Positions 24,199-33,221 of a DNA stretch of 45,623 nucleotides are shown here, one piece after another. Source of the stretch: Dehalococcoidia bacterium (GTDB lineage Bacteria; Chloroflexota; Dehalococcoidia; E44-bin15). Under the pieces are notes generated by a model. That model had not been told where the DNA came from, made no database searches, and saw only the letters and a program-made list of their open reading frames with translations. The stretch's first letter is position 1. Each line of letters opens with the position of its first letter. The stretch spans positions 1 to 45,623 of the forward strand of contig JACUUT010000001.1 of NCBI GenBank assembly GCA_014859165.1, in the 5' to 3' direction. The position numbers were made by a program, and so were the translations under genes.

Positions 24199-25871
24199 CC
24201 CTCCTCAGGGAGAGCAGGTGGCCTCCTCGGGCGAACCAAGAACAGGATGATGCCGACGACGATGATCAGGCTGCCTAGCCCTATCAGCAGCCAATGCCAC
24301 CACAATAGACCTCTGCTTCCAATTGTCACATCCTCCGTTGCTGGGGAGGCGTCCACATTTCCTGCAGCGTCCTCAGCCCTGGCCTTGATGTTATACATCT
24401 GGCCACCTCCCCATGTTGTGTCCAAGGCTGGCGAGGTAGTGGTTGTAATTTCCCAATCTTCGCTAGCGGAATCAAATGCGCCATCTGAGGCCGTGGCATC
24501 GAGCCATGTCTCAGACACTACCCAGGATGTGCCATTCCAGTACTTATCATCACTGTCGCGTTGGATCAGCACCTCCACCCCGGCGATCTTGCCCGGCGGA
24601 GTATCGGTTGCGTTGCCAGTGACCTCGGTGAGGCTTGGCACAGAGGCCGAGATGTCAGTGATGGTGGTATTTGGCTTGGTGGTATCGTAGGTGAAGCTCT
24701 CCGTAGCTGGTGTGGAGTCCACATTGGTTGCGACATCCTCCGCTTTGGCCTGGATGGCATAGGTCTCGCCATCTCCCCATGTTGTGGGCAAGGCTGGCGT
24801 GGTATTGGTTGTGATCTTCCAGCCCTCGCTGGCGGAATTGAATGCGCCATCTGAGGCTGTGGCAGCGATCCATGTCTCAGACACTACCCAGGATGTGCCA
24901 GTCCAGTACTTATCATCACTGTCGCGCTGGATCAGCACCTTCACCCCGGCGAGCTTGCCACCGGTATCGGTAGCATTGCCGGTGATCTCTGTGAGGGTGT
25001 TGACATAATTGGGGATGGCACCGATGGTGGTAACTGGCTCTGCAGTCTCGTAGGTGAAGCTCTCTGTGTCATAGGTGCCTGTATTGCCTGCCTTATCCGT
25101 TGCTCTGGCGCGGATGGTGTAGGTTACACCTTCGCCCCATGTTGTTGGTAGGCGATTCGGCAAGGATGTAGTGGTGGTGATCTTCCAGCCCTCGCTGGCG
25201 GAATCGAATGTGCCAACTGAGGCTGTGGCATCGAGCCATGTCTCTGTGGTTACCCAGGAGCTGCCGTTCCAGTACTTACTATCGCTGCCGCGCTGGATTC
25301 TCACCTCCACCCCAGCGATTTTGCACGGCGAAGTATCGGTTGCGGTGCCCGTGATAGCAGTAAGCTCATTGACATACTCAAGGATGTCATCGATGGTGTT
25401 GGTTGGATCGGTGATGTCGTAGATGAAGCTCTCCGTGACTACAACACCAGCGCCATCGTCATCATAAGACCGGGCATAGATATTATAGGTATAGCCATTT
25501 GTCCATGTTGGCAATTCGTCTGCTGTAGTGGTGGTGATACGCCAAGGCTCGGTAGCCTCATCCCAGGCGTCATCTGTCGGCTCCGCATCGTTCCACGTGG
25601 CTGAGCTCGTTACCCAGGTCTCGGTGCTGCCGTTCCAGTACTTAAGGGTATTGGTGCAGTAGATCCGCACCTTCACCGCAGTGACAGTGCCATTAGTAGC
25701 GACTGCCGTGCCAGTGATGGAGGTGAGGCTATTCACATAATCGGGAATGGAGGTGATAGTGGTGGTTGCTGCCGCCAGCACAGCGCCGCTCAACGCTACC
25801 ACGGACGCCAGAGCAAACACTAGAAGAAGTGCTACTACAATGCGCCATAATGGGTCAAACCTTTTCTTCAT
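24180..25871 (-). CDS. cell-surface protein with four tandem Ig-like repeats, N-terminal signal peptide and C-terminal TM anchor
   Basis: 563 aa. The signal is MKKRFDPLWRIVVALLLVFALASVVALSGAVLAAA. Four units of about 121 aa follow (..YVN.LT.ITG.ATDT...AGV.V.IQR.SD.KYWNG.SW...ETW..ATAS.G.F.SASE.W.ITT...T.WG.G.TY.I.A.A.D.AGN..). The C-terminus is LLWWHWLLIGLGSLIIVVGIILFLV plus RPRRPP. Confidence 0.8.
   Translation of the reverse strand: MKKRFDPLWRIVVALLLVFALASVVALSGAVLAAATTTITSIPDYVNSLTSITGTAVATNGTVTAVKVRIYCTNTLKYWNGSTETWVTSSATWNDAEPTDDAWDEATEPWRITTTTADELPTWTNGYTYNIYARSYDDDGAGVVVTESFIYDITDPTNTIDDILEYVNELTAITGTATDTSPCKIAGVEVRIQRGSDSKYWNGSSWVTTETWLDATASVGTFDSASEGWKITTTTSLPNRLPTTWGEGVTYTIRARATDKAGNTGTYDTESFTYETAEPVTTIGAIPNYVNTLTEITGNATDTGGKLAGVKVLIQRDSDDKYWTGTSWVVSETWIAATASDGAFNSASEGWKITTNTTPALPTTWGDGETYAIQAKAEDVATNVDSTPATESFTYDTTKPNTTITDISASVPSLTEVTGNATDTPPGKIAGVEVLIQRDSDDKYWNGTSWVVSETWLDATASDGAFDSASEDWEITTTTSPALDTTWGGGQMYNIKARAEDAAGNVDASPATEDVTIGSRGLLWWHWLLIGLGSLIIVVGIILFLVRPRRPPALPEEGYEEGL
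24327..25763 (-). repeat. four in-frame tandem repeats of about 363 nt inside the surface-protein gene
   Basis: Units 3 and 4 are near-identical over long DNA stretches; for example 24511..24590 matches 24873..24955 at an offset of about 363. Confidence 0.85.
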
Positions 25872-25907
25872 CTCTTCTCTCCTTTCATTTAATGTATCCG
25901 TTTCCCT

Positions 25908-26032
25908 GTCATTCTGAGCGTAGCGAAGAATCCCTAATCTTCTTTAGACCCTTCGCTTAGTTTACCCTGAGCAAGATTCTTCGGTCGCTTCGCTCCCTCA
26001 GAATGACAGAAAACGAAGGGCTCAGGGTGACA
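25908..26032. repeat. MITE-like composite palindromic element (GTCATTCTGAGCGTAGCGAAGAATC ... GATTCTTCGG..CTCAGAATGACA)
   Basis: Inverted halves were read directly. Segment 25960..26028 is near-identical to 3155..3223. Confidence 0.8.
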
Positions 26033-26050
26033 GGAGGGTAGCAACTAATA

Positions 26051-26105
26051 TAAAATAAAAAGGCTGGATGCCACCCCGACATGTCGAGGTTGGCTCATCC
26101 AGCCT
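26051..26105 (-). terminator. intrinsic terminator (minus strand)
   Basis: AGGCTGGATG...CATCCAGCCT is a 10-bp stem enclosing a CCCCGACATGTCGAGG hairpin (26074..26089). On the minus strand it is followed by TTTTTATTTTAT. Confidence 0.65.
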
Positions 26106-26178
26106 CAGGGTTACATCTCCAGCCTTGCCCCATTGGCCCAATAAGAGGGATTCACCAAATTCCTGCCTCAGTATCACC

Positions 26179-26238
26179 CTTATATCATAGCATAAAGCTA
26201 GTTGTCAATACTCTAGTGCAGATTCGGTGATTTGTCAA
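26179..26238 (-). promoter_or_regulatory. two tandem TTGACA promoters
   Basis: Minus strand: TTGACA (26238..26233)-N17-TAGAGT (26215..26210), and TTGACA (26208..26203)-N18-TATAAG (26184..26179). Confidence 0.5.
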
Positions 26239-26279
26239 TGGTTTCTTATGCAATTTTATCTTTTTGTGGGAAATCCTGT

Positions 26280-26966
26280 CTAAAAGTTGCTTAAAAAGTC
26301 CTCGATGGCTTGGTTAACCTCCCGGGGCTTCTCGGCGAAGACCATATGAGTGCCCCCTTCGATAATCACCTCCCTGGCCCCCTCGATCTTATCGGTGAGG
26401 TATCTGGTGTATTTCGGCGGGGTCATTATATCCTCGCTGCCGCAAAGCACCAGAGTGGGCAGTTTGATCTCCCCAACCCGTTCCATGATGTCGAACCTGT
26501 CGCAGCAGAGCATATCGTTGAGAAACACCGCGGGGCCGTTCTCCAGAGACCTCCGCCACAGCACCTCCTTAAGCTCGGGGTCGATAAGCTCCCATCCCGT
26601 TTCCAGGAACTCCTCAAGCATGCTGGGGTCGCTTTTCGCCTTCTCCAGCATCTCCAGATACATGGGGTGCACCTTGAGCCTGGCCCCAGCGCCGATGAGG
26701 ATCAGCCCCTTTAAATCGTCGGGATACTTGAGGGCATAAAGCTGGGCGATGGCGCTGCCCAGGGAGTGGCCTGCGAGCACCACATCACGATAGCCCTTTT
26801 CATGGACGTAGTCCCTGAGCCAATCCACATAGCCCTCAACGCTGGTCTGGGGCTCGCCATCGGGGTGGCCGGGGAGGTCGATAGCCTCGGCATCGGGGAA
26901 GTGCTTCGTCTGATAGTGCCATGCCTCCTTGGAGCCACCCGAGCCGTGCATAAAGATGAGCTTCAT
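26280..26966 (-). CDS. alpha/beta-fold hydrolase
   Basis: MKLIFMHGSGGS... with the nucleophile elbow GHSLGS and a C-terminal ...GGTHMVF histidine. The likely start is ATG 26966; the track start is 26996. Confidence 0.85.
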   Translation of the reverse strand: MKLIFMHGSGGSKEAWHYQTKHFPDAEAIDLPGHPDGEPQTSVEGYVDWLRDYVHEKGYRDVVLAGHSLGSAIAQLYALKYPDDLKGLILIGAGARLKVHPMYLEMLEKAKSDPSMLEEFLETGWELIDPELKEVLWRRSLENGPAVFLNDMLCCDRFDIMERVGEIKLPTLVLCGSEDIMTPPKYTRYLTDKIEGAREVIIEGGTHMVFAEKPREVNQAIEDFLSNF

Positions 26967-27002
26967 TTTTTCCGCCCTAAAAGCTATCACCCTCACCTTA
27001 TT

Positions 27003-27018
27003 CCCCGATTTATCGGGG
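27003..27018. repeat. intercistronic REP-like hairpin CCCCGATTTATCGGGG
   Basis: Lies between the marC stop (27039) and the hydrolase start. Confidence 0.8.
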
Positions 27019-27038
27019 TTAGGTGAGGGGTCGAGTCG

Positions 27039-27671
27039 TTATAGCGTCTCCAATATCTGTGTAACGCCTTCCCGAATCATCATTACAGCGATTGCAGTGA
27101 GGAGCAGCATGGCGATCTTGGAGGCTGCCCTGAGCCCTCCCCTCCCCAGGAAGCTGGCTATCCTATTCCCCTGAGCGAAGATCAGCCAGGCAATGGTCAG
27201 GTTGGCGATAAAGGCAATTATCACCGCGGTTATCCCCAAGGCGCCTTCGTATCGGTCGATGAGCAGAAGCAGGGTGGTAAGCACCGCTGGGCCGACTATC
27301 AGCGGGGTGCCGAGGGGGACAATACCGATCATCTCCCCATCGGCTGGAATCTCCCTCCTCTCCGTGATGAGCTCCCTGGCTGCCAGTATAAAAAGGACTA
27401 GCCCCCCAGCGACGAGGAAGTCGGCAACCTCGATACCCATGAGGATGAAAACGAGCTTGCCCACAGCAATGAAACCAAGCCCTAGGCCTAAGGCGGTAAG
27501 CATGGCATAGCGCACCATTCTAGTGCGCTCCTTTGCCATCATGCTTTCGCTTAGCCCGAGGAGGATGGGCAATACGCCCACCGCATCCATAGCAATGAAG
27601 ATGGGGATAAAAGCAAATAGCAGGTTATTAAAGAAATCTGCCAACTCTTCCACGCTCCACCAAGGGGGCAT
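27039..27671 (-). CDS. MarC family (UPF0056) integral membrane protein
   Basis: FIPIFIAMDAVGVLPILLGL....ER......A.L....L..F...G matches the MarC pattern. The start ATG shares one base with the gyrA TAA. Confidence 0.85.
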   Translation of the reverse strand: MPPWWSVEELADFFNNLLFAFIPIFIAMDAVGVLPILLGLSESMMAKERTRMVRYAMLTALGLGLGFIAVGKLVFILMGIEVADFLVAGGLVLFILAARELITERREIPADGEMIGIVPLGTPLIVGPAVLTTLLLLIDRYEGALGITAVIIAFIANLTIAWLIFAQGNRIASFLGRGGLRAASKIAMLLLTAIAVMMIREGVTQILETL

Positions 27672-30082
27672 TAGCGCGACGCTGCGATAGCAACTACTTG
27701 ATCCCCCTCATCCAGTTTCATAAGGCTGACCCCTCTTCTAATTCTCCCCTGAATCGAGATCTCCTCCACCCTGATCCGAATCACATTCCCCTGTGCGGAA
27801 AGGATCATCAACTCATCGGAGGGATCCACAATGTGCCCTGCGATAACCCCACCAGACTTTGGGGTAATGCTGATGCTCTTTATCCCCCGACCGCCACGAG
27901 CCTGGGGGCGATAATTGACTAACGGGGTGCGCTTGCCGAAGCCATTGGTGGTGACTACAAGCAGGTAGGCTTTAGGGGAGACAACGTTCATAGCCACCAC
28001 ATGGTCGCCTGGGGAGAGTTGGATGGCGCGCACCCCCCCGCTTGTGCGGGAGGCAGCTCTGAGTTCAGCGATGGCAAACCTGATCGCCTGCCCCCTTTCG
28101 GTTACCAGGATGACCTCGGCCCCTTGCTGAGCCACCCTTGCTGCCACCAGCTCATCATCTTTCTCCAGACCCATGGCGATGAGCCCGCTACTTCTGACCG
28201 AGGCGAACTCCTCAAGAGCGGTCTTCTTTATCTCTCCTGAACGGGTAGCCATTACCATAAAGTCACCTGGAACAAAGCCTGATACGGCCAGAAGCTCAGT
28301 AACCCGCTCCCCCTCATCTATGGAGGTCAATTTTACCAGAGGTGTCCCTTTAGCGGTTCTGGAGGTATCCTGAGGCAAACGGTAGCATTTAAGGGAGAAT
28401 ACCCTACCCCGATTAGTGAAGAAGAGCAAGGTATCGAGGGTGTCGGCGACCAGGAGGAAGCGCACGCCCCCTGCCTCTGGGGCACCCATCACCCCTCTCC
28501 CTCCTCGAAGCTGAAGCCTGTAGCTTTCACTGGGCACCCGCTTAATATATCCCCTGTTGGTTAGGGTGAGCACCACCCTTTGATGAGGGATCAGGTCCTC
28601 CGCCCTGAACTCCTCTGGTTCCTCTTCAACGATCTCCGTCCGCCGAGGGTCGCCATATTTTGCCTTCAGCTCACCCATCTCCTCCTTGATCAGAAAGAGG
28701 ATCTTCCTCGGGTTGGCCAAGAGGTCCTCCATGTAAGCGATGGTCTTCAAGACCTCGGTATACTCCTCGGTGACCTTTTTGCGCTCCAGGGCAGCGAGGC
28801 GCCTGAGCTGCATCTCCAGGATAGCTTGCGCTTGGGCCTGGGTCAGATTAAAGGAATTCATTAGATTTGTCCGTGCCGCCTCAGCGCTTTGGGAGCGGCG
28901 AATCGTGTCAATAACCTCGTCTAGGTGATCGAGGGCGATCTTCAGCCCTTCCAGGATATGGGCCCTTTCTTTAGCATGGCGAAGCTCAAAGTGAGTGCGA
29001 CGAACGATGATCTCCTGGCGGAAGTTGATATATTGCTGAAGCGCCGTTTTCAGGCTGATCACCCTGGGCTGCCCATCGATCAAGGCCAGCATGTTGACAA
29101 AGAAGGCTGACTGCATCGCCGTATGCTTATAGAGGTTGTTCAAGACCTGCCCCGGTTGAGCATCTTTCCTCAGCTCGATAACGATGCGCATCCCCTGTCT
29201 ATCCGATTCATCGCGCAGCTCAGCGATCCCTTCGATCTTTTTCCCCTTGACTAATTCTGCGATCCTCTCCACCAGCGCCGCCTTGTTTACCTGATAGGGA
29301 AGCTCAGTGACCACTATCCGATGGCGTCCCTTAGCGATCTCCTCGATATCAGCCCTGGCTCTGACCACAATCTTACCCCTACCTGTGGTGTAGGCGTTTT
29401 TGATCCCCTCCAGACCGAAAATAATGCCCGCAGTTGGGAAATCGGGGCCCTTTATGAAATCGGTGAACTCGTCCACCGCAGCCTCGGGGTTATCGATAAG
29501 ATGGGAGATGGCATCTGAGATCTCACTGAGGTTGTGTGGTGGGATGTTTGTAGCCATACCCACGGCGATTCCCGAGGCACCGTTGAGAAGCAGATTGGGA
29601 AGCCTTGAGGCAAGGACGGCGGGCTCTCTTAGGGAGCCATCGAAGTTAGGCACTAGATTCACCGTCTCCTTATCGATGTCAAAGAGCATCTCCTCGGCGA
29701 TGGGGGAGAGGCGAGCCTCGGTATAGCGCATCGCCGCCGGGGGGTCGTTATCCACACTGCCAAAATTCCCCTGCCCATCGATGAGCACATACCTCATGGA
29801 GAAATCCTGGGCCATGCGCACCATAGCTTCATAGACCGGGGCATCGCCATGGGGGTGGTATTTGCCCAGCACCTCGCCGACGATGCGCGCGCTCTTTTTA
29901 TGAGCACCGGTATGAGTGAGCCCCAATTCCCCCATAGCATAGAGGATCCTTCGCTGCACCGGCTTTAGCCCATCGCGCACATCGGGCAGGGCGCGAGAGA
30001 CGATAACGCTCATCGCATAATCGAGGTATGAGCCCCTCATCTCCTCTTCAATGTCCACTGGCTTAACAGCTCCGATGTCCAT
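27671..30082 (-). CDS. gyrA: DNA gyrase subunit A
   Basis: [40 protein letters not shown]...HPHGD...MRYTE. 803 aa, with C-terminal beta-pinwheel repeats. Confidence 0.97.
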   Translation of the reverse strand: MDIGAVKPVDIEEEMRGSYLDYAMSVIVSRALPDVRDGLKPVQRRILYAMGELGLTHTGAHKKSARIVGEVLGKYHPHGDAPVYEAMVRMAQDFSMRYVLIDGQGNFGSVDNDPPAAMRYTEARLSPIAEEMLFDIDKETVNLVPNFDGSLREPAVLASRLPNLLLNGASGIAVGMATNIPPHNLSEISDAISHLIDNPEAAVDEFTDFIKGPDFPTAGIIFGLEGIKNAYTTGRGKIVVRARADIEEIAKGRHRIVVTELPYQVNKAALVERIAELVKGKKIEGIAELRDESDRQGMRIVIELRKDAQPGQVLNNLYKHTAMQSAFFVNMLALIDGQPRVISLKTALQQYINFRQEIIVRRTHFELRHAKERAHILEGLKIALDHLDEVIDTIRRSQSAEAARTNLMNSFNLTQAQAQAILEMQLRRLAALERKKVTEEYTEVLKTIAYMEDLLANPRKILFLIKEEMGELKAKYGDPRRTEIVEEEPEEFRAEDLIPHQRVVLTLTNRGYIKRVPSESYRLQLRGGRGVMGAPEAGGVRFLLVADTLDTLLFFTNRGRVFSLKCYRLPQDTSRTAKGTPLVKLTSIDEGERVTELLAVSGFVPGDFMVMATRSGEIKKTALEEFASVRSSGLIAMGLEKDDELVAARVAQQGAEVILVTERGQAIRFAIAELRAASRTSGGVRAIQLSPGDHVVAMNVVSPKAYLLVVTTNGFGKRTPLVNYRPQARGGRGIKSISITPKSGGVIAGHIVDPSDELMILSAQGNVIRIRVEEISIQGRIRRGVSLMKLDEGDQVVAIAASR

Positions 30083-30115
30083 CAGGTCTCCTCACTAATG
30101 AAGCCTATTAGCAAA

Positions 30116-30144
30116 AGAATATCACGCTTCGCCGAGCTCGTCAA
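30116..30144 (-). promoter_or_regulatory. gyrA promoter TTGACG-N17-TATTCT
   Basis: On the minus strand, TTGACG is at 30144..30139 and TATTCT at 30121..30116. Confidence 0.45.
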
Positions 30145-30166
30145 AAGGGGAATCTAGTCAATATAA

Positions 30167-30350
30167 GGGCGACCCTGAGGGGTCGCCCTACGCTCGTCAT
30201 TGCGAGGACCCAGACTTGTCGGGGGAGGAAGCAATCTCAAAGGGTGCAATGAGATTGCTTCGCGGAGTTTATCCTGAGCCGTATATTGAGATTCTTCCCC
30301 TTCACTTCGTTCAGGGTCAGAATGACAGAAGGCGAAGGGCTCGCAATGAC
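30167..30350. repeat. GC hairpin GGGCGACCCTGAGGGGTCGCCC (30167..30188) plus stacked GTCATTGCGA / GAGATTGCTTCGCGG / CAGAATGACA repeat copies (30196..30350)
   Basis: These are the same repeat families as at 2770..3296 and 25908..26032. The track ORF 30154..30438 is their spurious translation. Confidence 0.75.
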
Positions 30351-30403
30351 ATGACATGCTCAGCATGACAAAAGTGGCCTTGCCCTGCGCTGCTTTTGGG
30401 GGT

Positions 30404-31225
30404 TCATTCTTCCTCGAGGATATTCTCGTTCTCATCACCGGCTAAAAGGTGGTCATCCTCAGGCAAGGGCTCTATTTCCTCTTCCCCTTCCAGGTGATAA
30501 TCCTTGTCCTCAAAACCATCGTCTTCATCCAGTTCATACTTTAATAGACTGTCTTTAACATATGATCTAAAGCCATCATAACCCTTAGCCAGGAAGGAGG
30601 GGTGTCCTACCAGGCTGGGATGCTGGAATACCTCATTGATAATCACCCTCACTCCATTGTCCGCTGAACTGGTGATCATCGCCGTATAGCGATTGCCCCG
30701 CTCGATTAGTCTCGCGAGGCGCACCCCAATCCTTGGCTCAACCTGTCCCAGATACTCACCAAGCTTATTCTCCACCATGAGACCTTGCTTCTTCGGTCTC
30801 AAGTAGACCGGGTCACCTGCGGCGACCTTAGCGAGCACTTGCCTTGGGGCCAGTTGCTCAAGACTGGCCACCCCAGCCTTACCCGTTTCCTCGATGAAAA
30901 GCTGAGGGGCAACCTTATGGCGATCTCCTCCTGGCGCCAGTTGCGCTTCATTCAGTAGAGACAATCGCCGAAGATTCTTTCTGGCGATGTTATTTTTGTG
31001 GTCGATTTCGAGGGCTTTCATATAGGCTTCCTTCGCCCGGTCATACTGACCTAGCTCCGCCAGCGCCTTGCCCAGCCGGTTATAGGCGTTTATATCCTTG
31101 GGGAAGACCTCAATTATGCTCCTGTTGGCATCGATGGCCTCCTCCCACCGACCCTGCATAGCCAAAGCGATAGCATCCTTGCTGCGTCGCCGCCTCAGTC
31201 TCGCCTCTCCTGTCTGATAATGCAT
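30404..31225 (-). CDS. TPR-repeat protein with uncharacterised C-terminal domain and acidic tail
   Basis: The N-terminus has TPR-like helices (AYNRLGKALAELGQYDRAKEAYMKALEIDHKN). The C-terminal ~150 aa belong to no family I recognise. The tail reads DEDDGFEDKDYHLEGEEEIEPLPEDD. Confidence 0.7.
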   Translation of the reverse strand: MHYQTGEARLRRRRSKDAIALAMQGRWEEAIDANRSIIEVFPKDINAYNRLGKALAELGQYDRAKEAYMKALEIDHKNNIARKNLRRLSLLNEAQLAPGGDRHKVAPQLFIEETGKAGVASLEQLAPRQVLAKVAAGDPVYLRPKKQGLMVENKLGEYLGQVEPRIGVRLARLIERGNRYTAMITSSADNGVRVIINEVFQHPSLVGHPSFLAKGYDGFRSYVKDSLLKYELDEDDGFEDKDYHLEGEEEIEPLPEDDHLLAGDENENILEEE

Positions 31226-31245
31226 CGTCTCCCCCTCGTCGCCCT

Positions 31246-31273
31246 ATTTTAATGCCCTCCCCCCAATTGTCAA
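31246..31273 (-). promoter_or_regulatory. promoter TTGACA-N16-TAAAAT for the TPR gene
   Basis: On the minus strand, TTGACA is at 31273..31268 and TAAAAT at 31251..31246. Confidence 0.55.
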
Positions 31274-31318
31274 TAGGGAATTGGCGGATTTTTGGCGAAG
31301 ATCAGACACTGCCTTCTA

Positions 31319-32572
31319 TCATTTTCTGAAACTCAGGATCATCTCGGAATGGCAAACATAATGAACCTCCTCCAGGGCAAAACCTTGCCCTTCAAGAAGC
31401 TCTACCAGGCTGCTTTTTGAATAGCGGGTGATGTGTTCCTCAGCGTATCCTCCAGGGGCAAAGCGGCCGTATAGCCGCTCAATAACCCTCCACCAGGCGC
31501 TGGCATAGTCTGGCGTTCCCATAATGAGCCTGCCTCCCCCCTTTAGCACCCGCCACATCTCAAGGAAGGGCTCCTCCCCCAGGGGGAGATGCTCGATAAC
31601 CTCTGAGCAGACTACGCAATCAAAGGCATTGTCCTTGAAGGGAAGGGCATAGATGGAGGCATTGACCAATGGCTTTCCATACCCCCTTATATAACGGAGC
31701 TTAGCCATTTGAATATCAACGCCGGTGCCATTTTCCAAACCTATTAGAATTCTGCTGGAACCGCAGCCCACATCCAAGGTGGAACCCGCTCCCCTTGCTA
31801 GGTCAGTGATAATCTTGTAGCGGCGCCTTTGCCAATACCGCTGAAGGGGGATGCGGCTGTCGAAGGCTCGCGCATCGTAATCTGCTGAGAGGATCGAGTT
31901 TCTCAAGCGCCACATGCGCCTGAAGGTTCTCAGGTAGGAGATGCCAAACCTCAGCAGTTTCACATGGGTATTGCCCCCTTTTCTGGGCAAATAGTGGAAA
32001 GGAATCTCCTTGACCCTCCAACCCTGAGCATAACACTTAACAATAACCTCCTCCAGTATATCAAAGTCCGAGCTACTGAGAGCCAGATTGGGTAGAAGCG
32101 AAGATCGGTAAAGACGAAAACCACTGGAGATGTCCTTTAAGGGAAGCGAAAGCCCGGTGGTAAAAACCTTGTTGAGCATCCTGCTAAGGAGCCTCCTGAC
32201 CCGCGGCATTTCGGCCGAGCCCCCAGGTGCGTGGCGCGATGCCACCACGATTTCCGCCTCGGTTTTTGCCTCCCACATTTGGGGAATAAAAGCGGGGCTG
32301 TGCGATAGATCGCCATCTAAAGTCAAGATGTACTCGCCCTGAGCAGCATCAAACCCCTCTTTAAGTGCCCCTCCATAACCCCTCCCTTTCTGAACTATCA
32401 CCTTTGCGTTAAGCCGCTCTGCCACATCTCTGGTCTTGTCCACCGAGCCACCATCAACTAGGATGATCTCATATTCAGGCGAAATTAGCGCAACTACATC
32501 ATGAAGGGCAGTGATCAATTCGCCTATATTCGCCTCTTCGTTCAAGGCCGGTATGACAATACTGAGCTTCAC
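31319..32572 (-). CDS. fusion: family 2 glycosyltransferase (DPM1-like) + class I SAM methyltransferase
   Basis: The N-terminus reads LSIVIPALNEEANI...VDGGSVDKT...TLDGDLSH. The C-terminus reads LDVGCGSSRIL...AFDCVVCSEVIEHL...LKGGGRLI. GTG start. Confidence 0.85.
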   Translation of the reverse strand: MKLSIVIPALNEEANIGELITALHDVVALISPEYEIILVDGGSVDKTRDVAERLNAKVIVQKGRGYGGALKEGFDAAQGEYILTLDGDLSHSPAFIPQMWEAKTEAEIVVASRHAPGGSAEMPRVRRLLSRMLNKVFTTGLSLPLKDISSGFRLYRSSLLPNLALSSSDFDILEEVIVKCYAQGWRVKEIPFHYLPRKGGNTHVKLLRFGISYLRTFRRMWRLRNSILSADYDARAFDSRIPLQRYWQRRRYKIITDLARGAGSTLDVGCGSSRILIGLENGTGVDIQMAKLRYIRGYGKPLVNASIYALPFKDNAFDCVVCSEVIEHLPLGEEPFLEMWRVLKGGGRLIMGTPDYASAWWRVIERLYGRFAPGGYAEEHITRYSKSSLVELLEGQGFALEEVHYVCHSEMILSFRK

Positions 32573-32774
32573 TGCTACCCCCGTAAGAAAAGGCTATCTC
32601 GATGGCATAAAGCTGTGGGTATTATATATCGGCGTCTCTTTTAGGTCTACCCCTTCTCACCAAAAGAGTCTTTTATCGTGATCTCGTTCAGATAGATGGG
32701 TGACACATGGAGTATGAGAGGGTTATATAATGGCTGTACTATGGGTGTGTATGGCAACGTGATCCCTGGGGCCA

Positions 32775-32818
32775 CCCCGACATGTCGGGGTTTGGGGTAG
32801 AGCCCCGACCTGTCGGGG
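32775..32818. repeat. two REP-like hairpins (CCCCGACATGTCGGGG at 32775..32790; CCCCGACCTGTCGGGG at 32803..32818)
   Basis: Perfect palindromes of the same family. Confidence 0.8.
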
Positions 32819-32947
32819 CCAGGCAAAGACTCAAATGGTTTGATTAATAAATTAAAGGATTCTCAATTTTATTAATAACGAGGATGGGGAAAAATGGCTG
32901 AGAAAGAACCAACTAAGACTTCTTTACATTGAGTATCTTCGATCCCC

Positions 32948-33169
32948 CTAGACGGCGGTTACCTCCTTGATCTCGGGCACCTGCTCCTTGAGGATTCGCT
33001 CGATGCCACCCTGTAGAGTCATGGTGCGCATCGGGCATCCACCGCAGGCACCGGTGAGCCTCACCTTAACGATACCATCCTCAACATCGATCAGCTCAAC
33101 GTCACCGCCGTCAGCCCACAGATTGGGCCTTATCTGGGCTAGAACCTCCTCTACCTTCTCTCGCATCAT
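32948..33169 (-). CDS. NifU C-terminal-domain (Nfu-type) Fe-S cluster scaffold protein
   Basis: VEEVLAQIRPNLWADGGDVELIDVEDGIVKVRLTGACGGCPM....TL. AAAGGAG precedes the ATG at 33169; the track GTG start is 33193. Confidence 0.9.
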   Translation of the reverse strand: MMREKVEEVLAQIRPNLWADGGDVELIDVEDGIVKVRLTGACGGCPMRTMTLQGGIERILKEQVPEIKEVTAV

Positions 33170-33191
33170 ATTTCTCCTTTCATCCAAAACC

Positions 33192-33221
33192 ACTCTATCA
33201 TGAAGGGAAGGACCTTGTCAA
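33192..33221 (-). promoter_or_regulatory. promoter TTGACA-N18-TAGAGT for the nifU-like gene
   Basis: On the minus strand, TTGACA at 33221..33216 overlaps the ribD stop codon and TAGAGT is at 33197..33192. Confidence 0.5.

Noticed and set aside
25766-25960. ORF ending ...FPCHSERSEESLIFFRPFA, and similarly 30154..30438, 734..925 and 2005..2199
   Set aside because: They read through MITE/REP hairpins or terminator hairpins. They lack SD sequences and have repeat-derived low-complexity sequence. They also overlap better-supported features.
27671-30082. Intein or other insertion in gyrA
   Set aside because: The 803-aa length and the continuous conserved motifs ([22 protein letters not shown]-terminal pinwheel repeats) leave no extra segment.
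30404-30900. HIRAN-like DNA-end-binding domain in the C-terminal half of the TPR protein next to gyrA
   Set aside because: There is only a vague pattern resemblance (G.PVYLRP...LG.V......LA.LI..G..Y.A.I), and the hallmark N-P-x-D motif is absent. That is too weak to call without a profile search.
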